A stretch of 64,000 bases of DNA from the human T2T-CHM13v2.0 reference genome, Homo sapiens, in the NCBI RefSeq assembly GCF_009914755.1, contig NC_060935.1. The stretch is one strand, 5' to 3'. The notes beneath the pieces are model-generated. The model made no database searches and was not told where the DNA came from. It saw only the letters and a list, made by a program, of their open reading frames with translations. This document shows positions 43,981-64,000 of the stretch, in pieces. The stretch's first letter is position 1. Each line of letters starts with the position of its first letter. Made by a program: the position numbers and the translations under genes.

Positions 43981-44307
43981 TGCTCCTTCTGCAGGGGCAG
44001 TTAGGTGGCGGTCAGGTGTTATAACAGGGGAGGTAAGGGCTCCTGTCGCAGCAGACGCCAGGCCGCGGCCACAGGTCGTGTGGCCAGGTGTCACAGGTGT
44101 CCACAGGTGTGGACTGAGGGCTTGTAGCCACCGACGCTGCCTCGGTATGGATCTCTTGGCAGAGGGGGCTACAGGTGTGACTGCAGGTGTGGCCGGCGCG
44201 CACACATGAAGTCACAGGTGTTGAACCAGTGTCCAGGCCTGGCGGGAAGGCGCAGGCCGGACCCTGCGGAGACGGGAAAGGCGACGTCAGGGGCGGGTCA
44301 GGCTCCC

Positions 44308-44321
44308 GGGAAAGCGAAACC
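44308..44321 (+). promoter_or_regulatory. IRF7: ISRE in IRF7 intron 1 (GGGAAAGCGAAACC)
   Basis: GAAANNGAAA IRF/ISGF3 consensus, consistent with the known interferon inducibility of IRF7. Confidence 0.85.
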
Positions 44322-44528
44322 TAAACAGTGGCGCTTCGCACCCTCCTCGATCCCACCCCGTCCGGTTCTCAGCTCCGCGGAACCCCGCCTCCGCCTCCGC
44401 CTCCCTCCCCGCCCGACCCTCATCTCTCAGGCTCCCCCAGCTCTTGGCTCTACCCCTCCGGGGTCACGGAGCCCCCACGGAGGCTCTCGCTCCCGGCCTG
44501 CACCGCGTGGGTCTGGGGTCCCCAGTAC

Positions 44529-44700
44529 CTGGGTGCCAGAGCCGCCGGGACGGGAAGTTTCGTCTCGCGGGGAAGCGGAGGGCCGGCGCTTTTATGGTGG
44601 CCAGGCGGGAGTTTCCGGGAAGGGCGCGCGCCGCCTGTTCTTATTATTGGATGCGACCAGCGGAACCCCGCCCCGGCCAGCGCGGAGTAGGGAGGAGTGG
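44529..44700 (-). promoter_or_regulatory. IRF7: IRF7 promoter and non-coding exon 1
   Basis: Donor CAG|GTACTG at 44529/44528, TATA-like CATAAAA near 44590-44596, NF-kB site GGGAGTTTCC at 44607-44616, CCAAT at 44646-44650, GC box, CpG island. Confidence 0.75.
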
Positions 44701-44717
44701 AGGGCGTTGGGAGTGGC

Positions 44718-45138
<421 letters not shown>

Positions 45139-45886
45139 CCCCTTTGGGTTTTTTACATTGTTCAGTCAAGAATATCAGATACTCTCACAATTAAAACATT
45201 TGGAAAGGAATTAATGGTGTATTTCCATTAGGGAAAGTGCTGACAAGCCGCAAGGGATCCCTTGATGGTTCTGGGCATGGGCGCCCAGCCTGGGCTCTGG
45301 CTTTGGGAGCAGCGAGGGGAATGTGTCTCTCACCCCTAGGCCTCCTGGTCTGGCTCCTGCTCAGGCCACACGGCGCACCCACCCCCAGCGCGCCTCAGTC
45401 CAGGTCACTGGGCAGGGTGTTTACTGCTGCGCTCCAACCCAAGCATGTAGATTTCAGAAGGGGACTAGGACCCCCGGCAGGTGTTTGAGACCACCGGCTC
45501 CCAAGTGCGTCGCCTTGGGGGTTTGCATCGGCTCCTCAGCCTCCCCAGGCAATCTCTGTGTAGGGTCGGGAGCGGGAGGTCTGAGTTGAGCCGGGTGCCT
45601 GAGATCTCCGGTGCAGGTCGGGGGAGGGGAGCCCCCCTCGGGCTGTGGTTAGAGCGGGAGAGGAACTTCCCAGACTAGCTGGCACAGAGCCTCGGGAAGG
45701 CGGCGGGCACTGCAGGTGGTTTACGGGAAGTGCTGCAGCCTTGGGGTGGGGACAGCGTGGCCAGACCCACCGCCTCATCTGCACACCTGGGCTCAAGCGC
45801 TAATGACGACAGGGGACTGAGTGAATGGGGCCCCCAGGGACCCACGCGCCTGCCCCACGCCATGGCCTGGGTTTCGGGAGCCTTGC

Positions 45887-45892
45887 TTTATT
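45887..45892 (-). terminator. CDHR5: CDHR5 poly(A) signal AATAAA
   Basis: TTTATT on +, about 75 nt after TAA. Confidence 0.85.
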
Positions 45893-45966
45893 CTGCCTCG
45901 GGTCGGAGGCTGGGGGAGCGAGACCTCCAGTGCCCGTGCGGCTGGGGGAGAGGGTGGAGGGGCCAC

Positions 45967-53514
<7,548 letters not shown>

Positions 53515-53616
53515 CTTGGCGGCTGTCACCTGGCAGGAGGGTCTGAGCGGGTCTGGCGTCTAGGACTGGCGCAGTTCCTACCTCAGCGACCTTCGCCCCA
53601 GCCAGACGCCGCCCAG

Positions 53617-53634
53617 TTTATGATCCTTTACGAC
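53617..53634 (-). promoter_or_regulatory. CDHR5: CDHR5 proximal promoter, tandem CDX-type sites
   Basis: TCATAAA (53617-53623) and GTCGTAAA (53627-53634) on the minus strand, about 105-120 nt upstream of the ATG. CDHR5 is a known CDX2 target. Confidence 0.6.
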
Positions 53635-54938
53635 CGGCTTCTGCCAAGGGGGCTCCCGCTGGCCGGCTGGTCCAGCCCACTGCCAGAAGGAGGGGCGGTC
53701 GTTTGGCCCAAGTTGGACTGAGTGCAGGGGTCAACCAGGGGGCTCAGGTCACAGGCACCGAGGCACAGGGCAGAAGGGACTGGAGAGCGGCTCATGGGTG
53801 CCGTGGGGGTAGGGGCAGGGCAGGGGCAGGGCTAGGGTGTGGGAGAGAAGCTGGGGGCTGGGGGCGGGGGCTCGGCCCTTGGTGTCGGGGTGTCTGGAAC
53901 CTGCCTCCCTAGCCCAGGCTGCCCTGGCTTGGCTCCTCCCCTAAGATCTCCCTCAGGCAAAGTTCCTAAGGCCACCCCTTGAGGCTCAGAACCCGGGTGT
54001 TCCCCAGGGAGCACCTCCCTCCCTGCCTGACAGCAGGTTCTGAAGGAAAAGGCTCTCCTCACTGTGTCCTGGGGACACCCCTGCCTGCCCCAGAGACAAG
54101 TCGGCTTCTCAGGGCGGGGCTGGACAGGGCCTTAGTGACTGAGGCTAAGGCGGGGCTGTGAGGGGCAGCTGGGAGTTCCTGGGGGGCCCTGGTGCCCGAC
54201 AGAGGGGGTGAGGTGAGACTCGACACTTGCCCTGCTCTTTTCATTGGCCCCCCAGAAGCCCCCAGCTCTAGGGAGAGGCCACTGGGTAGGGTCGGGGCGA
54301 GGAAGTAGCTGTCGTGAGGGGTAGGTGGAGTTCTCCTCCTCCAGGCCTGTGCGCCGAAGCTTCTGGCCTCTCATGGCTGGGGCTGGGCTCAGTGTCCTAA
54401 CCCTGCACGGTGCCCTCATGGTCGCCTTCAAGCCCTGCACGCTCCGTGCTCCACAGGCTCTGAGGGGTCAAGCCACTGGTCCGAGGCCACACGAGACAGA
54501 GGGTCCGGAGTCCTCACGCCAGAGTGGATTCCTGGCACCCCAGGTGACACCTCCACCCTCCCCTCTTCCTGCCCGCCTGAGCCCCCCTGGCCCCTTCACA
54601 CCCTCCCCACTACCCCTTACAGAAACACTGACCACATGGGCCCCCGGGCAGGAGCTGAGAGGGTGTCCGGGATCCCCCGAGCCCCAGAATGTTTCCTAAT
54701 GGATGACAAGGGGTGGGGCGGGGCCCTGCAGTACTTAGTCGAGGTACAGGAGGTGGCCCTGATGCCAGAGATAAGGATGAGGGGCCGCCGTGCCTGCAGG
54801 TGTAAAGGGCAGCTGGGTGTGGTCAGTCCCTGCTGGGTGGATGGGCCTCCATCCATCCCTCAGCCCCGCTACACAGGGGTTGCCTCGATTACACTGAGTG
54901 GACACAGACAACTCCCAGCGTCTGGGTCTGATTCCTCC

Positions 54939-54944
54939 TTTATT
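54939..54944 (-). terminator. SCT: SCT poly(A) signal AATAAA
   Basis: TTTATT on +, about 100 nt after TGA. Confidence 0.85.
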
Positions 54945-55042
54945 GGTGCCAAGTACCACCCCTCCCCCTCTCCCCCATCCTGCCCCCCACCCCAAATGCA
55001 GCTGCGCTCCTGGGCCGGGCAGGTGGTGAGGGGGTTCCTTCC

Positions 55043-55755
55043 TCATCTGGGCCGCAAGGTTCCTTCTGCAGCAGCGCCAGCTGGTTCTGAAACCATAGGC
55101 CCAGGGGGCAGCCAGGGAGACCAGGTCCCGTCCAGGGGCATCCTGCAGAGACAGCACGTGAGGGTCTGAGGGCTGGGGCTGGAGACCCCGGCCCCGCTGC
55201 TGGAATTGGGCCTCCAGTGGCCACCAGCGCTGACCCGGGGAGGCCAGGACAGAAGGAGGGGTCTGGGGTGGGGTCTGGAGTGGGGTCTGCGGTGGGGCGG
55301 GTGCTCACCAGGCCTGCAGGATGGGCATGTTGGACCCTGACGGGCAGAGCAGACCCGCGCTGAGCCTGGTCCAGGCCATGCTGTTCTCTGCGTCCTGCTC
55401 GCTGCCCCCCGCCCCAAAACAGAGTTAGTCCTGGAGCTGGGGGGTCGCGCGTTGCTGCTGGGGCACCACGCCAGGACCCCCCACCCCACCCGGCCTCACC
55501 TGCGCTTCCCCACCAGGCCCTGTAGCAGCCGCTGGAGCCGCGCGCCCTCCCGCAGGCGGCTGAGCTCGCTGGTGAACGTCCCGTCTGAGTGTCGCCGGGC
55601 CCTGCGGGCGGTCGGGGGTCGGGGTCAGGGCGCACTGGGGGCGGGTGGGGCCCGGGGGGCGGGCGGGCCTGGCGGGCGGCTCACCTGGGGGGCGCGGGGC
55701 GCGCGGCGGAGCCCCCGAGGAGCAGCAGCAGCAGCAGGAGGGGCCGGGGGGCCAT
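55043..55755 (-). CDS. SCT: Secretin preprohormone, 121 aa
   Basis: Exons 55755-55685, 55601-55500, 55401-55309 and 55142-55043; total 366 nt. Signal peptide [18 protein letters not shown]. Mature [27 protein letters not shown] (55591-55511) flanked by RR and the GKR amidation site. Confidence 0.98.
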
Positions 55756-55809
55756 GGCGGGGTCGGGGCGCAGGAGCTGAGCGCTGCGGCCACGGCCCCG
55801 GGCCCCCGC

Positions 55810-55930
55810 AAGGCCCCTTTATGGCGGCGCCCGGAAAGGGGACGGCCCGGCCGCGCCCAGCGATCCCGGGAAGGTCAGGGCCGCCCCCCCAGCTGTCGCC
55901 CCGGCCCGGCCTCCCGCCCCCTCCGCCGCG
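55810..55930 (-). promoter_or_regulatory. SCT: SCT promoter: TATA-like CATAAA, CAGCTG E-box with flanking GC boxes, CpG island
   Basis: CCATAAA at 55818-55824 and CAGCTG at 55890-55895, matching the NeuroD/BETA2-Sp1 architecture known for secretin. Confidence 0.65.
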
Positions 55931-56199
55931 CTGGCGCCCCTCGGCCGGCTGGGGGAGGGGGACGTCCCGGCCTGGGGGGCGAACGGAGCGCGGGCCTGGG
56001 ACCCGCAGAGGGAACCGCACCGCGAAGCCTCGGAGCCTGCGGGGGCGGAGGGGCCGGAGGGCTTGGGGGAGGGTTTGGGGGGGGACTGGGGGGCCCCGGG
56101 GAAGGGGCTGCGGCCGGAGTTCCGGAGGCCCCTGGAGCACCTTGCTGGGGCGAGTTCGTCTCCAGCTTCAGCGTGGCGTGACTGTTGGGGGGCCGGTGT

Positions 56200-64000
<7,801 letters not shown>

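Overview
Human genomic DNA from the GC-rich, Alu-dense 11p15.5 gene cluster. I spliced four complete genes by hand from GT-AG boundaries, each giving an intact frame. PHRF1 (+) has 17 coding exons and 1649 aa. IRF7 (-) has 10 coding exons and 503 aa, and reads Glu179 and Arg412. CDHR5/MUCDHL (-) has 15 coding exons and 845 aa. SCT (secretin, -) has 4 exons and 121 aa. The window also holds a solo LTR13-type element with a 6-bp TSD, a MaLR LTR, old L1 remnants, many Alus and more than 10 minisatellites. The standout is a 2.14-kb VNTR in PHRF1 intron 3 (12126-14264), made of exactly 93 copies of a 23-bp unit. Every unit carries TGAGGTAGTAG, identical to let-7 nt 1-11, so the antisense strand is an array of 93 let-7 8mer+ sites, a candidate natural let-7 sponge. 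An antisense-pointing nested Alu sits directly against it. Function is untested. Most ORFs in the supplied track are GC-rich, Alu-derived or antisense artefacts.
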